A stretch of DNA of 64,000 bases, from assembly GCA_951406725.2 (NCBI GenBank), contig OX597823.1, positions 24,180,001-24,244,000 on the forward strand, read 5' to 3'. The notes beneath the pieces are model-generated. The model made no database searches, was not told where the DNA came from, and saw nothing but the letters and a program-made list of their open reading frames with translations. Made by a program: the position numbers and the translations under genes. Source of the stretch: Octopus vulgaris (lineage: Eukaryota). Below are positions 41,387 through 56,672 of the stretch, one piece after another (within the stretch, counting starts at the first letter, position 1; every line of letters begins with the position of its first letter).

Positions 41387-44300
41387 CTGTTGCAGATGCA
41401 GTAGAAATAACTACAGGTTTCTCTTCATTTGTTTGTGTTAGCATCACATAGACAGTGTGTTACAGCACAGTGTCTCACTACTAGTTGTTGTTCTTCATAC
41501 TCCAATATACAGGATAAAAGAAAAAGTAATGCCAATGTATGTAGTTGTGTATTTTCTATGTTTTGCCATGGTTATTATAGCAAGAGCCCCTTCTTATCAC
41601 CAGTCATGCTGCATGGTGAGAGTACATTTTCCTGTGCTATCAGAATTTGAGAAGTTGTCTGCTGGGACTAAAGAGTCTTTTCTGCTTAAAACAAATTTCT
41701 CTTCAGAATAATTTTATGGTATTAAGAACCAACTAGTCAGCAGATTCACTCAATGTGAACTTAAAGATTTTGTCTATTCCTAATGAAATCCTTCCTTCCT
41801 GAAACCATGGACATCAGGGGAAATTTACTTAGTTTAGTGATCTTGATATTTGAACACTCATGAATGCTAGGATGTCATTATTGATGAATATTTCGGGGTC
41901 AAAAAGAAAGGTGAGCCATTTCACTGTATATGTGAGGAAATTTACTGAGCTAAAAATATAACTATATTTAACTAAGTAGACATTACTTTAGAAATGAGGT
42001 TTGGTATCAGAAAGCCTAACAAGGAGAACAGACACCTTTCTGGAAATTTCAACTCTTATTCTCAAGTTATAATAAGAAACATAGTAGCCAGCATTACTAA
42101 AAGAGTATCCAATTTATCAACAATTGGAGACATTTGTGACCATAGCTTTTGCAATACAGGGTGTTACCTAGGATTGGTTTTAGCGTGAAGTTAGTATAAA
42201 CAGAGTATCTTCCACCTCCACATCTGAAAAAGAATTAGAAAGAGGATAACTTGATTCACTCTATCTCTCAGTCTAAATGTCTCCCTGAACATAGCTGGGG
42301 AATTATAATCCTCCATTTAAAATTATTTCTCTGGTACATTTAAGTATTAAAAACTTATGACTGTGCATAGTTTTAAGGTTTGTTACTCCTTTGAAGATTA
42401 CATGACTTCCAACATTGTATGTGGATAAGAAAGTGTGATTCACTTACCTCTCTGGTTTTCTCATAGCACCGATCCTTTCCAACCAGGTTATATCTGTAGC
42501 TGCCTTACCCGCCTGACCTCTGGCCAGAACCTAATAGCAAATTCCCTCTTCTCCACACAGTTACTACATCCACCCCCTATGACTGCTCCATTCAAAAAGA
42601 GGGCCACATTGATCCTGCTTCCTCTCATGTGATGTCCCTCACTCCTCTCTTTCTGACAAGGCTATTTAGCTGACGCTATACTCATATCTCATCATATTTC
42701 ATCCCCACATGCCCCTCTGATCTCAAAGATTACCCCATCACCTCACTCCATGTCAAAATCTGCCATCCACCTGGGTGGATGTCTTACCTGCTGTGACTTC
42801 TGCAGGGATGGAGTACTGCTCACATTCTCTCCTCCTCCTCCTCCTCCTCCATCATCTGACATATTGACAGACCTGCAGACATCCAAGACATAATGTGGAA
42901 TTCCATCAACAGACATTATTTTGAGAATTAACAGTCATTACTATTCCTTTTCTCTATTGAGATGTGCAGTGCACATTTGGGGGCACAACTCAAACTTCAT
43001 CTCCTGACTACATAAAGGTAGGCCCTCTCTTTTCTACAGGTCATTGAGATACCATACACAGATGTTGCCATTCATATCTCAGTATTGCTCTGTTCTAACC
43101 TGCTTATGGCTGCTTATATGCAGACTAACCTGCTTATGTGCAGACATGCACTTAGGCTGATACATCTCCAGCACTTCTTTGACAATAAGCAAGTGTTGTC
43201 ACCATTTGTCAGACAAGATTTTTCTACAGCTCGTCTCTTTGACTAAGCTGCCATCCTAATCAAGTATAGACCAATGCAGGATATCTGATACCTTGAGTGT
43301 TGTCAAGCACTAACTGTCCTCTGTCAGTTGGGCAGTGCGGTTGGTGGAAGTTCAACAATAGTGTTCTATTGAGGGTTAGTGGCAGGCAAGTGCAACAACA
43401 TTCTTGGAGAGATTCTGGGTGTTGATGAGAATCAACTTGCTGGTTTGTTCTTTTGGGCTAGTACCTATGGGTAATTTCTAGAAATCCTTTGCCCGGCATT
43501 GCCAGTTAAGGATAAACTCTACAAGCATGGAAATGCTGTCAACTGGGCTTACCTGAGTTGAGCACAAAGTGACAAAACTGTTCTGCATGCTCTCCTCCAA
43601 CACCTAAGCATTCCTGACTTGTGAGCCTATGTTGAGTATCTGCTGTCACATGAAGGATGGATCCAGCTATTGGCTGAGACCATTGTGAAGATCATCCCAT
43701 CACTGGGGGTTTGTACTGTTTGTCAAGTCAGAACAAGGAGATCAGACAGACAGTACTTTAGGCAATATGCATGCAGTTCCAAGTAATGTTGATTTTTGCA
43801 ATACACCTTGATTGTAAGGTATTTCTAAAGTTTCCAGCTGTTGCTTCAGGTTGAGTGGTATTGAACCCAATGCCCTAATGACAACAGGGACAACCTTTAC
43901 GTTCAACTCCTGTAGCTGCCACATTATTCATTTCTGCTCTAGGCACAAGACCTGAAATTTATTTTGGGGGAGGGAGCCAGTCAATTACATCAACCCCAGT
44001 ATGCAACTGGTACTTAATTTATCGACCCCGAAAGGATGAAAGGTAAAGTCGACCTTGGTGGAATTTGTACTCAGAAAATAAAGACAGATGAAATACCGCT
44101 AAGAATTTCGCCTGGCATGCTAACATTCTACCAGCTCACCGCCTGTAGCTGCCACATTATTATCATTATTAAGGTAGTGAGCTAGCAGGGTTATTAGTAA
44201 GCCAAGGTAAATTATTTAGCAGCATTTCATCTTTCTTTAACTTCTGAGTTGAAATACTGCTAAGTTGACTTTTCTTTTCATCCTTTCTGTGTCAATGAAA

Positions 44301-47300
44301 TAAGCACCAGTGGAGCACTGGAGTCCAAGTAATCAAATACCTACCATTTCCCAATACTTTTGGCCTTGCACCTACACCGATAGGGATTATTATTATTATT
44401 GTCATCATCATCATCGTTTTAAGGCAGCAAGCTGGCAGAATCATTAGCACGCTGAATGAAATGCTTAGCAATATTTTGCCCATAGCTACATTCTGAGCCC
44501 AAATTCCGCTGAGGTCAACTTTGCCTTTCATCGTTTCAGGGTTGTTAAATTAAGCACCAATGAAACACTGGGGTTGATGTAATTGACTTATCTCCTCCAA
44601 AATTTCAGGCCTTGTGCCTTTAGTAGAAATGATTATTATTATTATAGCAATAGCAACAATCATCCACACCACTACCAACAACACCACCACCACATCAACA
44701 CCAACAGTGACACCAACCATCACACCACCACCAACAATAGCAACAACATTATCATCATCAACACCAACAGCAACACTACCCACAGCAATAACAGCAACAA
44801 CAATGGGCAAAACACAAGCACTACCATTACCACAACCACCAATAGCAACAACAAAGTTAGCAACTATAACAACAACTGCAACGATAATAACACTCTACAC
44901 TCTGTCTTCTGTAACCCTAACAACAAATCTTATGACCTGACAAGGATCTGTCCCACAGACTTACCCTTCAACAAAAAGGTATGTATCCCACCCCAAATTC
45001 ACAGTGTAACAGAAGCAAAGATCTCATTGGCTAGAAATAGACTCTGATACATCTTAGACAGTACAACAAATCCACTAAAAAACATAATGAAGAGGGGACC
45101 CACCAACTAAGTTCATCTGTTGCCAAAGGCCTACAAAAACTGAAACAGCTAATTAGGAATAGGGAATTAGTGAAGTAGAGTTCCATGAAGTCAACACGAG
45201 GGAACTGGGCCTCCTCCTTTGACTAAGGTACAACCATGACCTCAGTAGATTCTGCCCCACCAGGTGACAGAGGGGAAGACCACCCACCATCACCTCAGCA
45301 GTGAAGAAAAGCATCACAGAGTACTGGAGTGGCTGGAGTGTACTCACCCAAGACCCTGAGAACAACAGTCAGGGGAAAGGAATGATTGCACATGTAATAG
45401 GGGCTAGCGTAAGAACCACTTTGAAGAACCACATAGTAAAGTTTAACAAAACACTATACATGCAGATTCAAGGTGCTGGCATTGGTGTCAGTTTAGCTGG
45501 AGATGTGGCCAGCCTCTTCATGACCTGGTGGGACAGAAAACTTAAGCAATCCTTAGCAGAACAGTCCATAATTCTTCTACTTTACAGTAGGTATGTAAAC
45601 AGCATTAATATCCTAGTTAAGACCAACTCTATTAATGGTAATGTAGAAACTGAGAGGAACATAATGGAGAGCATCCAGCAAGGAGCCAACTCCATCCACC
45701 AAAGTATCAACGTAACTATAGATTACCCCATTAGGCACCCTAACAATAGACTCCCCATCCTTCATACTGAACTTTAGTTAGAGACGGTGAACAACAGAGT
45801 GCAGCTCCTCCACTTCTATTACATGAAACCCATTGCTTCTAAATATGTTGTTCACAAGAACTCAGCTTTTTCACAAGGCAGGAAAATTAACATACTGATA
45901 GCAGACTTAGGCTAATGAACGTGTCCCCATTATGCAAACCCTATGAAATGAAGAAATATGTACAGAACTTCATGCATCACATGCAGTTCTCTGGATATGA
46001 TCAGAAAGATAGGGTTCGAGTATACAGGGGTGCTAGAAAGAAGTTATATAACATTATATGTAATGAAACCAGTGGTACCTGCCCTAGATATAGAAGCAAA
46101 GACGGGAATAGGATACAAAGAACTCATGAAAAAGTAAACATGGTATAAAACTGACAAATATCAAGGAGTGATTTTTGTAGAGGCCACAGCCCATGGAGAA
46201 CTAGCCCGTAGATTTAGAAAAACTCTGAAGGCAACCAACCTCAACATTAAGATTGTTTAAAAGCCAGGGAACTCCATCAGATCACAACAATGTAGGACGT
46301 ACCCCTTTGAGAATGCCATATACACCAATGATAACTGCATGGTACGTAGGATTAGCCCTGGCATTAACTGTAGAAGTAGAAATGTAGTCTACAGCATAAG
46401 ATGCATAGCAGGTGCTTGTAAAGACATGAACATGACATATATAGGTAAGACAAGTAGGATTATTGTGGAAAGACTAAAGGAACATTTGATACAATATGAC
46501 GCCAGAAAAACAGTCCTCCATACTCTACCAACATGGAGGCAACCTGGATCAACTTGACATTCACATTTTATCCAAGCATCCAAAGGACCCAAACCCTCAG
46601 GCAAATACAGGAGAACCTACTCATAAATGAAAATCCCCAGTACTAAATAGGAAATATACATAGTAGATAATCATACCCCCAACACCCATAGTATATATTT
46701 ATATACAGGTAGAATAATTAGTGGGTTGTTATGTAGATGTATGTATATATGTGTGTGTGTGTGTATGTATATGCACATGTATGTAGGCAAATGGATATAA
46801 AAGTAAGCAGATAGATATACAGATGGATAGGTAATGTGAACAGACACATACACACACATGCAAAACACTTACACAAAAACACACAAACCTGAACACAAAA
46901 ACATATGAATATGCAGAATCCAGGGTCAACAGCTATTGAAAAGGTTGTGAGACGCAACAAAAATTTTAGTTAAAAAATGTAATTATGTAAAGAAGTGGAA
47001 ATTTTACCAGTGAGTGTGTTAAATTATAGGGCACTAAAAGAGAATGACTCTCCCCAAACACAATAGAATATCACTTTGTAGCTATTTGTAAAATAAAAGA
47101 ACTATGCAAAAATACCAGCATTTGAAATTTTGATTAAAATAGCAGAAAATTAACCAATGGATTGTTTTGAAAATGGCCTATGTACAACTAAAACCCAAAT
47201 TCATCCACAAAATAGTTTGTTAGCATAAGACACTTCTCTTGAAATTAATGTGAATTCTGCTACATCATGGGATACACATGGAACTTCACCTCAATGTTTA

Positions 47301-48064
47301 GGTTGTAGGTAATCCTTTTGTATATCCCTCTACCAATGGTGTGCATGGCTGTAATAACACTTGACACAGGCTGACCACATTTTTAAGTATGTAATAGCTC
47401 TATAAAAGCATACCATTAGAGAAGAGACATACAAATGCATTGTCTTGAGCCTAAGTAGTAAGACAAGGTTTCCATTAAGTTTGAAGAAATTGTACAACTC
47501 ACATGAATTTTGATGAGGATGTCATTTCATGGATCAATTATTTGTTTACAATAAATTAAACATTTACAAAATTTTGTACCACATAGTTTACAATATTTGA
47601 TATGTGTGGTGTGTGTGTTTGGTTGGGTGGACATGTATAAAATGTATTTCTTGTTTTCTATGTTTTCTTTTTTTATCCAGCCGATGGAGCGCCTCTTGTG
47701 CTTAAAAATACTAGCATAGCAAGCAAACATACATTTGAACGTCTTGAGAATTTAACCCTAGCTGACTGTCAGGAAGGTTGTTATCTATATACAGACTGTT
47801 CATCATATTCATTCAATACCAAAGCTGAAATCTGTGAACTGAGTCGTGCGAATGAGTTGAGTCATATAATTCACCATGACAGTGAAAGTTTGGAGGTACA
47901 TGTTCTTAACCAAGGTCAGTGAATTCTTCCTTTATTATTTATTGTGTGCATACCTGTGTGTATTTACATAGATACATGTGTGTGTATTTACCTATCTATC
48001 TATCTTTCTATGTATCTATCTAGCTTTCTATCTATTTATCTCTCTCTTCTCTCTCTCTCTCTCC

Positions 48065-48104
<40 letters not shown>

Positions 48105-51100
48105 TGTCAGTAAATCATAAATCCAAAAGAGAAGCACACTCTAGAGCTAGAATATTTAGATAAAGATAGTTATGGCTGGTTTATAGGGTTACCTAGAGTG
48201 TCACATCCATAAAGCACTTTGCTTTATGTCTCATCAGACTGTAATGGTTGACCATAACTATCTTTATCTAAACATATATGTATGTGTGTGTGTGTGTTAA
48301 AGTTTGGAAAATGGAGAGTTGGTAAAGATGTAAATTAATTTAACATAGTTCTAAGGTAAAAACTGAATACAAATAAATTTAAAAAAAGAAAACTATGTAC
48401 ATTTCGATTCCAGCCCACAGATAAATGCAAAATTTCAAGAACTGCATTAAATCCAATGATGAGAATTATCATTTTGAAAAATATAGGGTAGAATCTCTTC
48501 AGATATTTTTTTTTTTTTTAAGCTGATGTTTACATGCTTATGAAAGGGATTAAGTTAATATACTAGGGAAGAAAGGAAATATCTATCTTACATATAGAGT
48601 GTAGGTATATGTTAAGAATATCATACAAATAAACAAAAAATATAAAAGTATAAAAATAATTAAAAATAAAAATATTAAAAAATAATACATAAAAAGTATT
48701 AGCAAATAGAAATAAAGACGTATTATAATCACAAAGATAAAATAAAAACAAATAGTAATAAATATGTAATACAAATAAAAATAAAACCATCATCTATTTA
48801 AATTACTATTAGTTTACATAGTCAATGTAAACTCTTGACCAAAGTGTCAGTAGCCATAAAATCCTATCGAATCAAATTTATTTATTTATATATAATAGTG
48901 TGTAGTCAAGTTTGAACTGTATAGTTGTTAAGAAATGCATCATTTCATATTTATATATATACTCATATAGACTGTTAGTGTATGTATGTGTGTTTGTTTA
49001 TATTACAGTTATATGTACTTATGTAGGAGTGTGTTTGCCTTTATTTAAATGTGAAAATATTCTTATATACTTATATATATATGTCGTTCAATAATTTGAG
49101 ACACTAGGATATTTTCCTACTTTTCTTAACATGAATCCAATGGTAACCTTAATTTACAAATAAAGAAATTATATATCCACCAATGTAGTGTTAAGCACTC
49201 ATTTCATCATTCAATATTTATGTATATATTATGTAGAATATGAGGATTTTAGACCACCGCTTAGATTCCTCTAATATATATGTATCTATATATATATGTG
49301 TGTGTATATATATCAAAAGAATGTGCTTATAATACTATTCCACAGCCACACTAACAATCCAATAATACTGTTGCACATATACAAAAACAGCCATACCAAC
49401 AATCCTAAATACCTCCATCATCAGCTGTCCTACAGATACCATTATAGTTTCAATACCTGAGCAGTACCATTCAATCCAGTGGTGTCAACAGCACTAAAAT
49501 AAGTGTTGTCTGAAAACAAACCAAGGAAACCACAGCTTTCAAACACATTTACCTTATGTAAATAAATTCAATAAGTAAATTACAACCAACTCCTAAATAG
49601 GTAACTAAACAGCAACAGATCTATTAAGTCATACAAAAATTATAATCCCTACCATCTTCCATAACACCTGCGTGTGTGTGTGTGTGTGTGTGTGTGTGGT
49701 ATCAAAAGATTCCTGGACTAGCTATGTTTAATAAAAAATAATTTATTTACCTAAGTTTTAACATCTTTAAAATAGTCACCTTGTACAGCAATACACTGGT
49801 CCCAGTGTCTCAGCCATTTTTGGAATCCAGCCTGGAAGTCATTTTCTGTAAGTGAGCCAAAGACCTTCTGCAATTCACTCTGGATCTCTTCAGCAGTGTT
49901 CAAGCAGCAATCATTGAGTTGCATTTTCATCCTGGGGAAGAGATGGAAGCCCACAGGTGGAATAGGGTGGGTGCCGAAGCAATGCCATGTTGGTTTTGGT
50001 GAGGAACTCATGAGTGAGGAGATCTCAGTGAAGAATCCAATTCTTTGTGCTTCACAGATCCAGCCACTTTCACCAACTTGCCTCCCTCAAATGCTTCAAA
50101 ACATCGCAGCTGGACTCACAATTGACAGTCTGGCCTTGGGGTACAAATTCTCAATGCACAATATCACATTTCCAGGAGATGCTTGTGGCTGGTCTTCCAG
50201 ATTGCTCATTGTCTTCCAGGGACATTCTTCTGCTTTTGAAGCACCCATGCCACTCGAAGCATTGTGTATGTCCCATTGCCATAAGCTTGCCAAAGTATAA
50301 TAGTAAACAACCGACTATATAGGAAATAGAGTGGATGATGATAATCTACTGAGAGATCTGAACTTACTAATATCAGTGGTACATCAAACTATACCCACAA
50401 GTAACACTATCTACCTATCTGTCTATCTATCCATCTGCATGTCTGTCCAGCCATCAATTCATCTATTTCTCTTTCTCTGTGTGTATGCATGCATGTTGAC
50501 TTCAGTTTCTTTTACTATTTCAGCTCACAAAAAAATTGACTGTGGTCCACCAAAAGACATTGCTGGTGCAAAGATGTCCTACAGTGCCACCACCTATAGA
50601 GCTGAAGTGATCTATACTTGTCCAGGAGGAGAAACAGTGGAATCAGTATGTAAAGAGGATGATAGATGGACTCCAGTTGCATCTGATTGTAGAGGTAATG
50701 TAAACAGGTTCTCTCTTGTCTCTGAATTGGAAATTTTGTTGTTTTATGTAAAATATCTTTATCAAAAGAAGAACAACTAACTCCATGACAATTTCCATGG
50801 TGTCTGTGGCTGGTGGGAGGAAGACAGGAAGCTATCCTCATACCAGAGACCTCCCAATATTCTTGTAACAGAGTGGACTTCATTAACCTTTTGATACCAA
50901 CCTGAATGAGACTGCCTCTGGCTCTGTAGTACAAATGTCTTGTTTTCAAAAGTTCTAAATTAAAATCTTCCATCAAACCTTACTCACAATTTATATTCCT
51001 AACACTAGCTTAATGATAACTAAGTTATTTTACTAAATTCTTTGTCATATTTAAAATTAACTGAAAGAAACATAAAGCGTCTCAACAGAAATATGATAAC

Positions 51101-54100
51101 AAAAGGGTTAACTCTATCCAAGGGTGTGGTAATGCTATTAGTTTGTGTGATGGATTAAGTCTGCCAAACAAGAACAGCAAGTGTGGAATTTTGTTCTCTC
51201 CAGTAGGCTTCCACATAGTTTCCATCCACCAAATTTCATCTGCAAGGCTTAGTTGTGAAGAGAATTTTTAACTGCATAATACCACATTGTTATGAAATGA
51301 ACCTTTTGTTTCCACTGCTATATCTCAGCTCATCTAGGTATTTTTTCTCTTAACTTCTAACTTGACCTTCCTCATGCATACATCATGTCATCATCTGAAT
51401 CTGTACTGTACATTGCACTAAGTTCTACTTTACTAACATTCAAAATCATCTGAAATTTCTGATGTTTTAGTGATAGTCCATTCCACCATCTTAAAATATA
51501 ATGATATGAATAATAATAGTGGTTTCTGATTTAGAAAAAGAAGGTCACTTTCTACTCCAAGGACAATTGTCCTTTCCAATTATTGTTCTTTGACCTACAG
51601 GTTTATGCACTGTGGGACCCATCACTTCTCACATCACTTTCAGTAATTCCCTTTGAGTACAGTATCTGCCCTTCCATCCTCACCTCCTTTACCAGCAAAA
51701 CTTTACAAATGCAATTGAGGGATTGACCAAAGAGGAAAGTCCACATTGCCAGGCCTTTCAACCTCATCCAAAGCACCACTTCTTTGCTATAGCTACCAGG
51801 CAAAAGAAAACTCCCTTCTTTGTTCAGAAGAATAGTGGGACAATCATCATGATGGAATTGACTGACAGCCAGATTTGAACTACACTCAACAGCTACTGTC
51901 TGACATATATCTACAAGTCAATAATGCTTGGATATTGAATGAGTTCATGTAAAATGATTTTGTTGCTCAGTGTACATCTCAGACAACACTGTCTGATGGC
52001 AATAGATTTTATTTTGGACCAGTAGAGCCCTTTGGTAGCACTGCCAAGGACTCCAGGAAGTTGTCCATAGTCTTCGGAGACCAAAAATATCTTTGAAACA
52101 AATTTGTATCATTCTCATAGATGCCTAGAGTGTTCCTAATAATGTCCATGCATTTCCCTTCCTCTAATCCTCTTTAGATTGCTAGAGAGTAACACCCACT
52201 AATTTCTTTGACCAGGTCAGGTTTGATCCAGTATACTTAGAATTACATTAGATAATCTGGCCCTCCCTTTTTAAAATAGTGTAACATGACTGAGAAAGAG
52301 TTTGTTAATATATCTAACATGTTTTGGATTCACATAGAGGATTTCCACAGTGACTGGTCCATGGTGAATATTGAACTTAATATTGCAAGCTAACTGATCT
52401 GACACAGTTTATGATTTGGTATAATTTGTTGTTTCATTCAACACCACCACCTGGCCCTTCATGTAGTCATGGTGACAGTGGTGGTGAACAATACTTGATC
52501 TAATGTTATTATATCTGTGTTCAAAAAGTATCTTTGGGCATATAAAAAGCAATTTTGTACATTTCACAGGTTTTATTAATCTTCTTCAAAATACTTTCCT
52601 TGGGAATTAACACACTTCTCCCAGCAGTTGTGCCATATATAATAACACCTCTGGAACACCATCTCTGGAATGATATGAAGCTCTGCCATCACTTTTATTG
52701 CAATTTCTTCTCACATCTCAAATTGCTCTCCTTTCAATTTAGGAAAGAAATAGATGTCACTCAGCGCCATATCAGGAGAGTAGGGAGCCTGTTGAACAAG
52801 TGGTGTGTTGTTCTTGACCAAGAAAGCTTGGATTGTGAGGGCAAATGAACAGGAGTATTGTTGTGATGGAGTTGTCAATTCTTTGCTTTGCGCATGTCTG
52901 ACTACTTTCAATCATCAATATCATGAAAGTGATGTATAACTGCCAAATAGTATTCCTTATTGATTTTCTGGTCTTGTGGTGCATATTCATGATGCACAAT
53001 CCACAGCATTCAGAGAAACAGGTCAACATTACCTTCAAATTGCTGCAAACCTGTCATAATTTTTGGGCCTTGATGATGACATATGCTTCAACAAAGGGGA
53101 CTGGAACTTAGTAACCAAGTCGTGACCATAAACCCATGTCTCATCACCAGTGATGATAGTCTTCATGAAGTCTGGATTGTAGTTAGCACAGTTCAGCATG
53201 TCCTGAGCGATTTCCATGCAGAGTTGCTTCTGCTACTCTACCAACACATTGACAATGAATTTCACTGACACTCTCTGCATACACAGATTGAAAGCACTGA
53301 TCCTGTGTTTATTCCCACTTCATGAATAAGTTTCTTGGTTATTACACAATAGTCTTCCCTGACTATTTACCAAACCTTCTCAATCAGCTCTTTGTTTCAG
53401 CTTGTGAATTGCCTGCCTGAGCATGCCTCACTCTCCACTGAGATGCAGCCATGTTTTAAGTGGTTGTACTACTCCTTGATTTGAGTTTTTTCCCCATGGC
53501 ATCATTGCTAAAGGCCTGCTTAAGCTTCTGGATGGTTTGAACTTGAATATCACCAAGCTTTTAGCAAAACTTGAAGCAAAATCTCTGCTTGATTCATTCA
53601 GTGTAATGAAAATCAAACAAGTTTGCACTACACATCTGTAATCAAGGTGTAACACCCAGGAATTGATACAGCCAACTGACACGAAAATTTTAAATTATAC
53701 ACAGGAAGGGTAGTGTCACCTTCCACCCAAGGATTTTGCCCTTGTGGCATTAGTTTTAGTGGGGAAGAAAATAAAGTTCGATACTTTTTTGGTGCATCTC
53801 ATGTTTATTAAAGTAGAAAACATTCACATTGACCAACAGTTACTTAGGCAAGACATGGATCATATGAACCTTACAAGTGTAGGAAGGAGGTTTGCCTGAG
53901 AATTTCATGACATAGCTGTTTCTTTCATGACTAGCTTATTAAAAAATATAAAGTACCACCTCGTTGTAATCAATTATGTATCCATTGTTTAGGCACAAGG
54001 CCAAATATAATTAAAGAAAGCAATGAGATTGTGTGTTATTCACATCTTTCTCAAGGGCATTAATTGTCTAAGTAACATGAACTGACTTAGACTAAAAATG

Positions 54101-56620
54101 AAACCCAGATCGTTGACTCACATCATTCAATCCATATTTATACTGAAAGAACAACTAGGGAAAAGTACGGCCATTTCCTGCATGGAAAAGAAATAGGAAA
54201 ATGGCTAGCTATTGAACCAAGTCATTATCACTAATTAAAATTATAGCCTCAATGGCTAGTAAAGTCATTAAGTTAATGACTTGTGGTCATGAAATTCAAA
54301 AGAGGCAACTTCATAAAGATATTCACTTTTCTTTTTTCATCTCGCTAAAATCATAATTTTCAGGAATTAAAATTTCTTAGCTTGCTAACATTGAGATTTG
54401 CATATCCACCTTTACTACTTATTTTATATTTATTCACTAGATGATAATACAAATGCTCTTTTAGTTTTTGAGGGCAAAGCATTACAAAATCACTAAAGTG
54501 ATGGGTTTTGCCATCACTAGTTATATTTAGTTACATCCTTTTACATTCTGGGTTCAAATCCCACCTGGATGTATTTCACCTTTCTTACTTCTGGAGATGA
54601 TAAAATAAGTATTATTCAAGTACAGAATTTCAACTGTTTTCATGTATCCTCCCTGCAAAATTTGTAGCTTGTGTTTAAGTTAGAAATATTAAATATTGTT
54701 AAGTTCAACAGTAATTATAATTGTTCTTGTTATTAAGGTGATGGATCAACAGATTTATTAGATTATCAAAGAATGTTGTGATATTTGTTCTAGCTCTTTA
54801 ATTTCTGACCTCATATCCTGCTGACGTAAGCTTTGTCTTTCCTGGACCAAGAAAACACTATACCAATCAAGTATATTGGGCAATTTAAATTACCAATTCT
54901 GACCTCAGATTTTTTGTGGGAAGTTATTATTATGGTTCTTATTTATATTTGTATAAATTTTCCTTTAATTCTAGATACTCAGATGCATTTTGTGAAAGTA
55001 AGTGGTGCAATTCTACATGTACCTGGGAAAATATTGTGGAATGAAAATGTAACAGCAGAAGACTGTGCAAATGAATGCTTATCTGACGATACTTGTTTAT
55101 CATTTGAAATAAGTAGAGGAAGTGGAAAATGTTACATATCAAAGGAAAGTGCAGCTTCTTCCAACAGATTAAAACCTACCAATAAAAGAGATTACTATCA
55201 ACGAATAAAACGTAATTATTCTTTGTATTTTATTATGTGATTTACTTTTCAGCATTCTCTGATACCTGATTCCCTTTGTACTTCATATTATATACACAAC
55301 CATTTTTGTCCAGACACTGCCGGGTTTATCTATTAGAAGAGACATAAACATTCCAGAAATTAGCAATATTAAGAACTATAAAAACTGTTAGGGCATTTTC
55401 ATTCAGCATTCTTTTGCCTTGAACACTTTTATGCATATTTTTAGTTGCTGATTTTTTTTGTGTGTAAGAAATGAAACTTGTGTTCTTTTTTAAAATCTGA
55501 GTAATAGTAGTAGCAACAGCAGTGGCAGTGGTGATGGTGGTAAGAATGATTTCAAATTTCAGCACAAGGTCATCAGTTTTTGAAGGGCAAGTGTTAGTTT
55601 ATACCACCAACTCCAGTTCTTGACTGCTGTTATATTGTATCCACATCAGAAGGATGAAAAGGAGTGTTTCCTGACAGAGTTTGAACTTGGAATGTAATGA
55701 GATGGAAGACATACAGCAAGGTAGTATGACTTTTGCATGGTATTTCACCATTTGTTGCTCTGATACACAAAGTAATCAAAAAAAGATAATGCCAATCTGT
55801 TTAGTTGTATATCTCCCATATGGTTATTTTGGCTGGATGCCCTTTCTATCACCTACCATTATACCCACATGAAAACAATACACTTCCCATGCTACTTAGA
55901 GAAATTTTCTGCTGGGACAAACAAGTTTTTTTCAACATAAAATAAGAACAATTCCATCATATTAAGAAGAAAACAGCAAATTCACTTATTGATCTCAAGG
56001 ATTTTATCTTTCCTATTCAAAACCCCACATTCATGATACTTCAAGGAAAATTTACTATATTTTGTGACCTCAATCATAGCAGTGTGCATTACTTTAGACT
56101 TGAAGTCAGGTATCAGACAAGTAATACCTCTAAACAGCTTAATGAAGAGAACAGACACCTTCGTGGGAATTTCAACTCCTACTTTCAAGCTATAATGTGA
56201 AACATAGTAGCTAGAGTTAAAAAAAGAATATCCAATTTATCCACAGGCAGGAATATATTTGATTTCATTTTTCCTTGTACAATGTGTTTTGTTGGATGAG
56301 CTTTTGAGAGAATTTAGTATAAATAAAGCATCATCAACCTCTACAACTTAAAAAAATTAGAAAAAGAGCAGCTTGGTTCAATACCCTACTCTACCTAAAT
56401 GTCTCCTTGAACATGGTCAGGAACTTCTATCCTGCATTAGACATTTTTCAGGCACATGTTAGTATTACAAGCTTATGAATGTGCATAGTGCTAAAGTTTG
56501 TTACTCCTGTTGTGGTACTATTAGTTCCAGCATGGTATGTTATAGCACAGTGGTTCCTAACCACTTTTTAAATGAGTTTTCCCATGGACCCCTTTTAATA
56601 TGCTTATCCATATGTGTGTG

Positions 56621-56672
<52 letters not shown>

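Noticed and set aside
44583-45047. Thr/Asn-rich mucin-like ORFs (also 32000-32460) as a possible stalk exon
   Set aside because: They lie inside the Penelope-like copies and derive from degenerate CAA/ACC repeats; no splice support.
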